30,417 bases of DNA from Fibrobacterota bacterium (GTDB taxonomy: Bacteria > Fibrobacterota > Fibrobacteria > UBA11236): NCBI GenBank assembly GCA_043753995.1, contig JAYUVP010000203.1, forward strand, positions 1 through 30,417, given 5' to 3'. This document shows positions 1-8,639 of this stretch, in pieces. Under the pieces are notes generated by a model that worked only from the letters and a program-made list of their open reading frames with translations, ran no database searches and was not told where the DNA came from. A program made the position numbers and the translations under genes. How positions within the stretch are numbered: position 1 is the first letter of the stretch; every line of letters starts with the position of its first letter.

Positions 1-19
1 CCCCAAGGAAGGAGTCCCT

Positions 20-685
20 ATGATTTCTTTGCACCTGAGTCCTCGCTTGTCCACCCTAAGCCTCGCCGTTTTCGGCCTACTCGCCGGGAATGCCGCCGCG
101 GTTGAATATCAAATCGACCCTGTGCACAGCGAAGTCATGTTTCGCATAAAGCATATGGGGCTTTCCACCGTGTCCGGCCGCTTCGATCAAATCAGCGGAA
201 GCTTTGACCTCGACGCCAAAAATATTGGCAATACCAAGGGTTCAGCGAATATTCCGGTGGCCAGCATCAATACCAACAATGCCAAGCGTGACGGTCATTT
301 GAAAGGTGACGATTTCTTCGGAGCCGATAAGTTCCCTGAAATCAAATTCGTCAGTAAATCGGTCAAGAACGTGAACATGACCGACACCACTTGCGATCTC
401 ATCGGTGACTTGACTATGCGCGACGTGACCAAGGAAATCACCTTGAAAATCAAAGGCAATGGTCTTGGTAAGGACGATTGGGGCAATGAGCGCGCTGCCT
501 TTCATGCCTCGGGCAAAATCAATCGCCAGGATTTCAATTTGAAGTTCAATAAACTCGTCGAAGCCACGGGCGCCATGATGGTGAGCGATAACGTCGACAT
601 CGACTTGAATTTTGAGGGCACCCGTCCGTTGGCCGCTCCCGCCGCCCCGGCTAAACCCGCAGCAAAAGAAGTCAAGAAGAAGTGA
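20..685 (+). CDS. yceI: YceI-family lipid/polyisoprenoid-binding periplasmic protein
   Basis: Signal peptide ending AAA-V; motifs YQIDPVHSEVMF, GRF, SINTNNAKRDGHLK, GDLTMRDVTK, INRQDF; strong SD AAGGAG upstream. Confidence 0.92.
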   Translation: MISLHLSPRLSTLSLAVFGLLAGNAAAVEYQIDPVHSEVMFRIKHMGLSTVSGRFDQISGSFDLDAKNIGNTKGSANIPVASINTNNAKRDGHLKGDDFFGADKFPEIKFVSKSVKNVNMTDTTCDLIGDLTMRDVTKEITLKIKGNGLGKDDWGNERAAFHASGKINRQDFNLKFNKLVEATGAMMVSDNVDIDLNFEGTRPLAAPAAPAKPAAKEVKKK

Positions 686-780
686 AATTCTCAGGCAGAA
701 TCGGGGTCCCTGGCCCTGATAAAGCCTGGTCTTAGCTATATCCCCGAGATGCGGCGATAATCGTCGCCTCTCGGAGTCTC

Positions 781-2031
781 ATGAGTACCGCTGCGCCCGA
801 AAAGGGCTTTTTTTCGGATATAAAACTCGAGCGAGCCTTTTTGATATTCTTGGCCGCCATGCAGTTCACCCATATCGTGGACTTCATGATTCTTATGCCA
901 CTCGGCCCAACCTTGATGGCGAAATTCAATATCAGCCCGCAAACTTTCGGCGCCTTGGTTTCCGCTTATACTATCAGCGCCGGCATCGCCAGCATTCTTG
1001 CTGCCTTGGTTATTGATCGATTCGATCGCAAACACGCGCTGATTGTCGCCTATTTCGGATTTGCCCTTGGCACCTTGCTTTGCGGGCTGGCACCCAGCGA
1101 GCATTTATTGCTTTTCGCCCGGGTCTTGACTGGCGCCTTCGGCGGGGTCGTTTCCTCCCTGATTTTTTCGCTTATACCTGAGGCCATACCGATTTCTCGC
1201 CGCGGCGGTGCCATGGGAACCGTCATGACTTCCTTTTCCGTAGCCTCTATTGCTGGCGTCCCCTTAGGACTTTTTCTCTCCATTCAATTGGGCTGGAAGG
1301 CGCCTTTTTTCATGCTGACCCTGCTGTCCGTGATCATGGGCATCATTGCCATTTTCCGCTTGCCTTCTTTTCCGGCGCGCCCTGCGCAACCTGGCCAAGG
1401 CGCCATTGCGAATTTCGCGGCCATTCTTTCGGTACCCATTCACTGGCGCGCCTTCGCCTTTACCTGGCTCATGATGGGCAGCACCTTTTTGGTCATCCCG
1501 TATTTGAGTCCGACCTTGGTGTCCAATGGAGGCGTCGACAATGAACACCTATTCATGATTTATCTCTTCGGAGGGCTCGTCACTTTTTTCACCATGCCTT
1601 TTTTTGGGAAGCTCGGTGATCGCAAAGGATTGTTTCGGGTCTATGCCGGAATCACCGTAGCGGCCGTAATACCGGTGCTTATGGTGACCCACCTCGGATC
1701 CTGGGGCCTAGTGGTCGCCTTGCCTGTATGCATGCTTTTCATGGCCTTGGTCTCGGGTCGCGCGGCCCCTGGCATGGCCTTGGTTTCGGGCGTGGTCGAG
1801 CCTCGATTGCGCGGAGGATTCATGTCCCTGAATACGGCCTTGCAACAATTGGCTTCCGGGGTTTCAAGCTATATCGCTGGCATGCTATTGACTAAAACCG
1901 CCGATGGCCAATTACTTGGCTTTAATCTCGTGGGTTATGTGGCCTGCTTCGGACTCGTGGCCTCCATTTTGGTGGCTGGAACCTTGGCTCTGCCCGTGGC
2001 CTCGGCGAGCAGGGTCGGCAAAAAGAAGTAA
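781..2031 (+). CDS. Major facilitator superfamily transporter (DHA1-like)
   Basis: 416 aa, about 12 hydrophobic segments, motif A-like DRFDRK, ARVLTGAFGG, and second-half GKLGDRKG. Confidence 0.9.
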   Translation: MSTAAPEKGFFSDIKLERAFLIFLAAMQFTHIVDFMILMPLGPTLMAKFNISPQTFGALVSAYTISAGIASILAALVIDRFDRKHALIVAYFGFALGTLLCGLAPSEHLLLFARVLTGAFGGVVSSLIFSLIPEAIPISRRGGAMGTVMTSFSVASIAGVPLGLFLSIQLGWKAPFFMLTLLSVIMGIIAIFRLPSFPARPAQPGQGAIANFAAILSVPIHWRAFAFTWLMMGSTFLVIPYLSPTLVSNGGVDNEHLFMIYLFGGLVTFFTMPFFGKLGDRKGLFRVYAGITVAAVIPVLMVTHLGSWGLVVALPVCMLFMALVSGRAAPGMALVSGVVEPRLRGGFMSLNTALQQLASGVSSYIAGMLLTKTADGQLLGFNLVGYVACFGLVASILVAGTLALPVASASRVGKKK

Positions 2032-2108
2032 AGCTCGACCCAAAGTCCTCAACCCCAAATCATGGGGCGGCCGGCGCTCTGGACGCTTAAGGTTTACTTT
2101 TCCCCACT

Positions 2109-3140
2109 GTGAATCAACGCATTTTCCTCGCACCCATGATGGACTGCACCGACCGGCATTTCCGGTTTTTGCTGCGTCTCATTTCCAAACATATCCGGCT
2201 TTATACGGAAATGATTACGACCCAGGCCATGATGCGCGGTCGATTGGAACGCATTATCGGATACCATCATGGCGAACATCCTTTGGCGCTACAACTTGGA
2301 GGCAGCGAGCCTAATGACCTTGCCCATTGCGCCGCCCTTGCCGAACAATGGGGCTATGACGAGGTGAATTTGAATTGCGGTTGCCCCAGTGATCGCGTGC
2401 AAAGCGGACGCTTTGGGGCCTGCCTCATGGCCGAGCCCGAATTGGTGGCGGCTTGTGTGGCTGCCATGAAAAAGGCTTGTTCCATGCCCATCACGGTGAA
2501 AACTCGCATCGGTATCGACGATAAAGACAGCTATGAGGAGTTGACCCATTTCATCCGCATCGTTTCCGAAGCGGGTTGCGACACCTTCATCATGCATGCC
2601 CGCAAGGCCTGGCTTCAGGGGCTGTCGCCCAGGGAGAATCGCGAAATTCCTCCCCTCCGGTACGACATTGTCGCACGTCTCACCGAGGATTTTCCGCTCT
2701 TGCGCTTCGTGCTTAACGGGGGCATCAATACCTTGGAGGAGGCGTCTTTGCATTTGCAGACTTTTCCGGCGGTGATGATAGGACGTGAAGCCTATCGCAA
2801 TCCCATGATGCTGGCCCAGGTGGATAGACTCTATCATGGCAAACAGTCCCCTGCACCCAAGGCCCAGGACGTGATTGAGCAATATCGCGAGTATGCGGCA
2901 GAACGATTGAAACTTGGCGATCCGCTCACCATATTGAGCCGGCATTTGCATGGCATGCTTCTGGGAAAACCGGGAGGCAAGGCTTTTCGGCGCGCGCTGG
3001 GAGAGGCCGTGGCTAAGCCCGGCGCCGGCGCCGAAGCTATTACCTATGCACTGGAAGCTGCGGAGCGAGGCGCCTTAAAGGCGAAGGAAATGACCGAGGC
3101 CTATCGTGCTTCGAGTCAAGCGTCCGAATTATCCGCCTGA
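2109..3140 (+). CDS. dusA: tRNA dihydrouridine(20/20a) synthase
   Basis: LAPMMDCTDRHFR, LQLGGS, NLNCGCPSDRVQSGRFGACLM, HARKAWLQGLSPRENREIPPL. Confidence 0.95.
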   Translation: MNQRIFLAPMMDCTDRHFRFLLRLISKHIRLYTEMITTQAMMRGRLERIIGYHHGEHPLALQLGGSEPNDLAHCAALAEQWGYDEVNLNCGCPSDRVQSGRFGACLMAEPELVAACVAAMKKACSMPITVKTRIGIDDKDSYEELTHFIRIVSEAGCDTFIMHARKAWLQGLSPRENREIPPLRYDIVARLTEDFPLLRFVLNGGINTLEEASLHLQTFPAVMIGREAYRNPMMLAQVDRLYHGKQSPAPKAQDVIEQYREYAAERLKLGDPLTILSRHLHGMLLGKPGGKAFRRALGEAVAKPGAGAEAITYALEAAERGALKAKEMTEAYRASSQASELSA

Positions 3141-3340
3141 GACGCAGCGCTATTTCGGCGATCCATGGGCTTGCGCGCACTTTTTCGACTGTCTTTATTC
3201 AGGTCGGTGGGCTTCCAAAACCCCTGATAATCCCGCATGGATTTAAGCAGGGACCGGCCACGGATGCGGCCGAAGGGAGAGGCCAAATCCAAGTCGGGTA
3301 GCTTGGAAAATGGCTGGCGTTGGGTATCGGGCTGGCGCAT
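3116..3340 (-). CDS. Small hypothetical basic protein, 74 aa
   Basis: Fills the dusA-GGDEF gap; SD GAGAGG 8 nt before ATG and TATAAT at 3384-3389 on the minus strand; overlaps the dusA 3' end by 25 nt; no recognisable family. Confidence 0.45.
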   Translation of the reverse strand: MRQPDTQRQPFSKLPDLDLASPFGRIRGRSLLKSMRDYQGFWKPTDLNKDSRKSARKPMDRRNSAASQADNSDA

Positions 3341-3460
3341 CGATTTTTCCTCTCGGCAGGGTGAGCATTAGCCTGTCTGACGGATTATAGCGGCCTGGAG
3401 TAACCCGAAGCACGTACTTCGGTGGTTCTCAATGCGAATCCCCGGAGTTAATTTCATATC

Positions 3461-4483
3461 ATGCCTGATTTGCGGAATGATCAATGCGATGTCCTCGAAA
3501 AATACTCCGAAGGATTTATTGACTCGGTCAAGAAATCATTGGTCGCCAAACTGAATGCACAAATCGGCTTTCGCATGCCCAGTGAAGTCGAAGGCTTGCT
3601 GTCCCGCCTACATGCCTTGGTCGCGTGGCTCCAACGCCGGGAAGACGAGGGCGCTCCGCGGGAGAGCTATGCGATTCCCGAGGATCATTTGCCTGCCATC
3701 AAGCGTTTGGTGCTTTGGCAAAGGCGAGCCTTGGCGACCAAGCTCGAAGAACCCCTTTCCAAGACCTTTCATCCCGAGCTCATTGCCAATCTCGAAAGGG
3801 AGTTGGAGCCGCTGCAAGAATTTATGCAAGCGCCTTGGTTCGATGAAACCACGCCTTTACGGGTTCCTCATCTTACCGAATTTTTAGCCATCAAATTCGT
3901 CGAAGAAATGCAGGAAAAGGAAAAAGAAAAAGCAGGTCCACCGGAAAAACGCGAATACGACGAGAAATTCCATATCTTGCAAGCACCGACTCTTTTCATG
4001 AAAGACTTGCGTGTCTTCCGTGAAAAGTGTGAGTTGCGTAGCAATGGCTTGGTCGCGGCCTATCTCGATGTGGACAATTTCAAGGCCTTCAACACCCGCT
4101 ATGGCGAAACCAAAATCGATCGCGACCTTTTGCCGCGCTTCATGGAATTGATGGAGTCTCATGTGTACATGCATGGTTATGGCTACCGCTATGGTGGCGA
4201 TGAATATGTGCTTTTGCTGCCCAATATGAGCTTGGCCATGGGCCTAGGCTTTCTGAAGGAATTTCAACAAAAACTTCGCATGATTCGGTATCGCGGCATA
4301 GACGAGCAAATCACGGTTTCCATTGGCATGATTTGGGTAGGAAGTGATTGCTTCCTCACCGAACGCGAAATAGAAGATCGCTCCAATCGGGCCAAGAATT
4401 TCGCCAAGAAAAATGGCAAGAATTGCGTCGCGACTTTTCGTGGCAGCTATTTTTATGAAAAAGACCTTTTTGTCGTGAAATAG
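3461..4483 (+). CDS. GGDEF-domain protein (probable diguanylate cyclase) with unrecognised N-terminal helical domain
   Basis: YLDVDNFKAFN, YRYGGDEY, ITVSIG, AKKNGKN. Confidence 0.9.
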   Translation: MPDLRNDQCDVLEKYSEGFIDSVKKSLVAKLNAQIGFRMPSEVEGLLSRLHALVAWLQRREDEGAPRESYAIPEDHLPAIKRLVLWQRRALATKLEEPLSKTFHPELIANLERELEPLQEFMQAPWFDETTPLRVPHLTEFLAIKFVEEMQEKEKEKAGPPEKREYDEKFHILQAPTLFMKDLRVFREKCELRSNGLVAAYLDVDNFKAFNTRYGETKIDRDLLPRFMELMESHVYMHGYGYRYGGDEYVLLLPNMSLAMGLGFLKEFQQKLRMIRYRGIDEQITVSIGMIWVGSDCFLTEREIEDRSNRAKNFAKKNGKNCVATFRGSYFYEKDLFVVK

Positions 4484-4514
4484 TAGCCCGACCGTATTTT
4501 ATCTTGGATGTCGT

Positions 4515-5522
4515 ATGAAATATCACGCATTAGAATTAACCGAGCCCAATAAGCCCTTGACTCTGGTTGAAAAACCAAAAACCGTCCTGGGTCCTGGCCT
4601 AGTCCGCCTGCGCATGCATGCCGCGGCCCTCAATCATCGCGATCTTTGGATATGGATGGGCAAGTATGCCAATGTTCAATATCCCGCGGTATTGGGTTCG
4701 GATGGCTGCGGAAAGGTGGAGGCCGTTGGTGCTGGTGTGGCCGATTCCCTCATTGGTCGTCGTGTCGTGGTCAATCCCAGCTTGGATTGGGGCGAAGACG
4801 ATAAAGCAGCGGGCAAGAATTGGCGAATACTGGGTATGCCAGACCAAGGGACCTTCGCCGAATGCTTGACCTTAGCAACCGAGCAAGTGCATTTCGCCCC
4901 GGAACATTTGGACGACCATGAGGCAGCGGCCATGCCCTTGGCGGGACTTACGGGATGGCGTGCCCTCCAGCGTCGCGGTGGCCTAAAGGCGGGTGAACGC
5001 ATTTTGCTTACCGGCATCGGTGGAGGGGTGGCGCAATGGATGCTTGCCTTTGCCGTATCCATGCAAGCCGAGGTTTGGGTGACCAGTGGCAATGTCGACA
5101 AGCTCGAACGCGCCACCTTAGCCGGAGCTAAAGGCGGTGCCGTTTATCACCACCCCGATTGGGAAAGGCAATTGTTCGGCCTTGCAGGAGGCGGATTCGA
5201 TTTGATTGTTGATTCTGCCGGGGGACCGGATTTCGCCAAGCTGGTGGATTTGCTGAAACCGGGAGGTCGCCTGGTTTTTTTTGGCGCGACCCAGGGCAAT
5301 GTGCCTGATCTGGCACTGCGAAAAATTTATTGGCGACAATTGGATTTGCGGGGTACCACCATGGGTTCTCCGCGGGATTTCGGGGACATGTTGGCGGCCG
5401 TGACCCGGTGGCGACTGCGCCCAACTATCGATCAGGTTGTGGACTGGCGGGAAGCCTCTTCCGCCTTCAGGCGCATGGAAGCCGGAGAGCAATACGGAAA
5501 AATAGTGTTCCGTATTACGTGA
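4515..5522 (+). CDS. MDR-superfamily NAD(P)H oxidoreductase (quinone reductase / ADH-like)
   Basis: AAALNHRD, VLGSDGCG, TGIGGGVA nucleotide-binding loop, GTTMGS, YGKIV. Confidence 0.9.
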   Translation: MKYHALELTEPNKPLTLVEKPKTVLGPGLVRLRMHAAALNHRDLWIWMGKYANVQYPAVLGSDGCGKVEAVGAGVADSLIGRRVVVNPSLDWGEDDKAAGKNWRILGMPDQGTFAECLTLATEQVHFAPEHLDDHEAAAMPLAGLTGWRALQRRGGLKAGERILLTGIGGGVAQWMLAFAVSMQAEVWVTSGNVDKLERATLAGAKGGAVYHHPDWERQLFGLAGGGFDLIVDSAGGPDFAKLVDLLKPGGRLVFFGATQGNVPDLALRKIYWRQLDLRGTTMGSPRDFGDMLAAVTRWRLRPTIDQVVDWREASSAFRRMEAGEQYGKIVFRIT

Positions 5523-5528
5523 ATTTAA

Positions 5529-6212
5529 TCACAAACGTAGGGCGGGTTCTTCTAGGCGAATATTGCCGAGAACCGTGCGTACGATTTTCACCTTGCGTGG
5601 CCCAATGCTTCGGCCTGGACGCTGGCCCACCACGCTTTTCAAGCATTCGAATTGCAAATGTTCCATGAAGTCCGAGACGAGTTGAGCTTGCTCGAAAGCC
5701 AAGACTTCAATTTGCTCGGCCGCGTTTAATGCCAAGGCGGGTTGGTCGCTGATGCGGGAGAGAACGCGATGAAAGCGCTCACCGATTTCGGCTTGCCGAT
5801 GCCAAATGGCCTGGATGACGCGTGAAAATTTTCCGAACAGGCCTTCGTATTCCTCAAGTCGGGCAAACCAAGTTGAACTACGTGGATCAACAAATAATTT
5901 GCGCATGCGATTGAGCTCAAATTGATCGCGGGCGCTATCCGATCGATAAACTGGCAATAAGTCCTGGCGCCAAAGCGGAAATTCCCCGCCCAAGGTATGT
6001 AGCCAATCGATGTATTCGGCCACGGGACCTTTAAGGTCGCGTCGGGCATATTCGAGGACCCTCATGCGATGCAAACGTTTGGACATGATCCAAACCCCGG
6101 TCAGGCCGATGGCGCCGGTCAAAGCGCTGCCAAGAACGGCTCCGATAAATCCTGCCATAGGATGGCTTGAAGGCATCCAAAGCCAGGCGGGCAAAAGGAA
6201 ATGCAAGTCCAT
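5529..6212 (-). CDS. Hypothetical protein with N-terminal transmembrane helix
   Basis: 227-aa ORF filling the gap; hydrophobic GFIGAVLGSALTGAIGLTGVWI followed by basic residues; start uncertain. Confidence 0.65.
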   Translation of the reverse strand: MDLHFLLPAWLWMPSSHPMAGFIGAVLGSALTGAIGLTGVWIMSKRLHRMRVLEYARRDLKGPVAEYIDWLHTLGGEFPLWRQDLLPVYRSDSARDQFELNRMRKLFVDPRSSTWFARLEEYEGLFGKFSRVIQAIWHRQAEIGERFHRVLSRISDQPALALNAAEQIEVLAFEQAQLVSDFMEHLQFECLKSVVGQRPGRSIGPRKVKIVRTVLGNIRLEEPALRL

Positions 6213-6342
6213 ACAGTCTACCTCAGAAGAACAGCCACACCCTTGACCTCAGCCCGGCGGTCTGAAAAAAATCAAATACCAGAACGAGACGCACATTTTA
6301 CGCTTGTGGAGAGGTCTTTGTCCAGTCCGGATTCATTGGATT

Positions 6343-7218
6343 TTAATCGCGAATGAATTGCCCAGCGCGATCGAATTCCAGCAAGATGGCCGGTCCGAAG
6401 GCCATCAAATCCTCGGGGGTCAAGTGGAATTGCTGCACCAAGTATTCGACGGCCCGGGGGTCGAGATATTCTTGCGCTGCGGTTCCCGGTTCACCCAGCC
6501 GATGACGATGGGCTATCCAATCACATATATGCACCAGCCAGGGCAGGGAAGAGGATCCACGGTGCAGCCAGGGCTCGCCATGGTCGCGCATGGCGGAGCA
6601 AAGCGCGGAAGGCAAATTCCAGCGCTCCCCCAGCCAAGATCCGACTTCACCATGCGTGACACCGATCACTTCAATTTCAATGGCTTCAGGTAGAGCATCC
6701 GGGGATTTCAGGGTTTCTTGAATTTGGGCAAATTCCTTGGGCAAATACTGATTAAGAATGAGCTTGCCTATATCATGCAATAGGCCGGCGACAAAGGCCT
6801 CGCCCGGGGGGGTGCTGCCGAAGCGCGTGGCCAAAAGGCGGCATGCGCTTGCCACAGCCAGGGAGTGCTGCCAAAAGCGATCGACTTGAAATCGAGGGTG
6901 GGCGCTTTCGGCGCGAAAGGTCGACTGGGCGGAAAGTCCTAGGGCCAATTCCTTTATCGCGTCCAAGCCCATGACAACCAGGGCCAATTGCACGGTTCCG
7001 ATTTGCCGAGGAAAGGAATAGAAGCTGGAGTTGGCCACTTTGAGGATGCGTGCCGTCAGCACTTGATCTTGCTCAATCAAGATGCCGAGCATGGCAGCTG
7101 TCACCTTGGGATTGTCGACGGCTTCGATGAGGCGGGCGACCACGGTAGGCAAGGCCGGCAAGGTGAGAAGGGACTCAGTGACGCGCTTGACGCGCGCGGC
7201 CGTGGGAGCTAGAGCCAT
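6343..7218 (-). CDS. Stand-alone HDOD-domain protein
   Basis: LPALP, DQVLTARILKVANSSFY, FWQHS, AGLLHDIGK, THGEVGSWLGERWNLP. Confidence 0.93.
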   Translation of the reverse strand: MALAPTAARVKRVTESLLTLPALPTVVARLIEAVDNPKVTAAMLGILIEQDQVLTARILKVANSSFYSFPRQIGTVQLALVVMGLDAIKELALGLSAQSTFRAESAHPRFQVDRFWQHSLAVASACRLLATRFGSTPPGEAFVAGLLHDIGKLILNQYLPKEFAQIQETLKSPDALPEAIEIEVIGVTHGEVGSWLGERWNLPSALCSAMRDHGEPWLHRGSSSLPWLVHICDWIAHRHRLGEPGTAAQEYLDPRAVEYLVQQFHLTPEDLMAFGPAILLEFDRAGQFIRD

Positions 7219-7224
7219 AGCATT

Positions 7225-7254
7225 ATGTTACAGCAGGCAAAAGGGGCGGTACAA
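7225..7254 (-). promoter_or_regulatory. Putative sigma70 promoter, leaderless HDOD transcript
   Basis: TTGTAC-N18-TAACAT, ending 6 nt before the ATG; no SD. Confidence 0.5.
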
Positions 7255-7299
7255 ATAAATCGGTAAAATCCTTAGTCGGTGGACAAGGTCTCCGAATGC

Positions 7300-8103
7300 C
7301 TAGGCATTGATTTTCTGAATGAGCTTGGCGCGCAATTTGAGCATGGCCTTGCTGTGGATTTGGGAAACGCGCGACTCGGTGAGACCCAAAACCTCGCCGA
7401 TTTCCTTGAGCGTCAGCTCTTCATAATGGTAAAGAGCGACAACCAATTTTTCTTTTTCGGGAAGTTGGCCAATGGCATCCTTGAGTATTCGCTTCACCTC
7501 CTGATAACCGATTTCCTTCAGGGGATTACTACCCTGGGGATCTTCGATGGTGTCGATGAGGCTCAGCGATTTGTTTTCATCTCCGCGATCCGGCAGGGAT
7601 TCTTCAAGGCTTAAGATGGTGGTAGGCGCGACATCCCCTAGCATATCTTCAAATTCTTCGGTGGAAAGGCCCAAATGCGCGGCCACTTCATCGTCATAAG
7701 GCATGCGCCCTAACTGATGTTCCAGCTCGGAATAGGCCTTTTGCAGGGAACGGTTTTTTTGGCGCACGGATCGCGGAACCCAATCCATGGCGCGCAATTC
7801 GTCGAGTATGGCTCCGCGCACCTTGTGGGTGGCAAAGGTTTCGAATTTCAGGCCCCGCTCGGGCTCAAAGACTTCGACGGCCTTTATAAGGCCCATGATA
7901 CCCGCGCTGATCAAGTCATCAAGTTCAACCGAGGGAGGCAAATTCATCGCCACGCGTTGGGCGATAAATTTGACCAAGCCACTATACTCGACCAGTAAAC
8001 GGTCTTTAAAATTTTGATTTCCGGTTGCCCGGTATTGAGTCCAAAGGGAGTCGAGGTCGGCCATGGTGGCTGTCGCGGTTCTTAACACCTCAGGCATTAT
8101 CAC
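7300..8103 (-). CDS. fliA: RNA polymerase sigma28 factor FliA/WhiG
   Basis: DDLISAGIMGL, GAILDELRAMDWVPRSVR, LTLKEIGEVLGLTESRVSQIH; true start may be a downstream ATG (8097 or 8064). Confidence 0.95.
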   Translation of the reverse strand: MIMPEVLRTATATMADLDSLWTQYRATGNQNFKDRLLVEYSGLVKFIAQRVAMNLPPSVELDDLISAGIMGLIKAVEVFEPERGLKFETFATHKVRGAILDELRAMDWVPRSVRQKNRSLQKAYSELEHQLGRMPYDDEVAAHLGLSTEEFEDMLGDVAPTTILSLEESLPDRGDENKSLSLIDTIEDPQGSNPLKEIGYQEVKRILKDAIGQLPEKEKLVVALYHYEELTLKEIGEVLGLTESRVSQIHSKAMLKLRAKLIQKINA

Positions 8104-8141
8104 TTATTCCTGGCTTGCATTCATCCATGACGCGAAAAATT

Positions 8142-8471
8142 TCAGGCCGCGTGAGGTGTTTGCTTGGAATGGGTATCCCCGTCCTGAATTTCATCAGGAT
8201 CAGGCTTCAGGAAATGAAAAAGAAGTCCGCCTTCCTTGCGACGTGCTTGGGCCTCCACGGCGGAAGACACGATGGAACGAACCACGGTGTCGAAAATGAT
8301 GAGAAGGAAAATTTGACCCAGCAGCCCGGCTAAGACCGATTTGAGTCCAGCATTCAGCATGGAGGTCCAACTGATTTCTGGAGCCGTCAATATGGAAAGC
8401 AGGAAGACCAAAAAGACCATGGCTCCCAGGGCGGATCGGGTAATGGTTTTGACCAATTGGGCGATATTCAC
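8142..8471 (-). CDS. Hypothetical two-TM membrane protein between flhF and fliA
   Basis: Start reassigned to GTG at 8471 (GAGG 7 nt upstream), 109 aa; two hydrophobic segments and a charged C-terminus. Confidence 0.7.
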   Translation of the reverse strand: MNIAQLVKTITRSALGAMVFLVFLLSILTAPEISWTSMLNAGLKSVLAGLLGQIFLLIIFDTVVRSIVSSAVEAQARRKEGGLLFHFLKPDPDEIQDGDTHSKQTPHAA

Positions 8472-8639
8472 TTGATGACCTCGATCCGGGTGAACCATGG
8501 TGAAAGCGTCCAAGGGGAAGTTTGCCTTTGAACTCTCAAAGAATAGGGGCTGGCATGGGCGAGAATCAATGAGGTTTTATGCCCCATTTGTTGCCAACCT
8601 CGGTGCGAGGGCTTGAGGATTTTCAGCATATGGCTCAAA

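Noticed and set aside
4060..4125. Hypr GGDEF (3',3'-cGAMP synthase)
   Set aside because: The specificity position equivalent to PleD D344, nine residues after the conserved N, is still Asp; Hypr enzymes have Ser/Thr there
8495..8530. c-di-GMP-I (GEMM) riboswitch suggested by GGCAAAC...GGACGC on the minus strand
   Set aside because: No GNRA-capped stem between the motifs, GACGC is followed by TTT rather than AAA, and there is no P2 or receptor
8554..8580. Sigma28 promoter for orf-fliA (TAAA-N15-GCCCATGC, minus strand)
   Set aside because: The -10 box matches only 5 of 8 and lacks the core CGA; too weak to call
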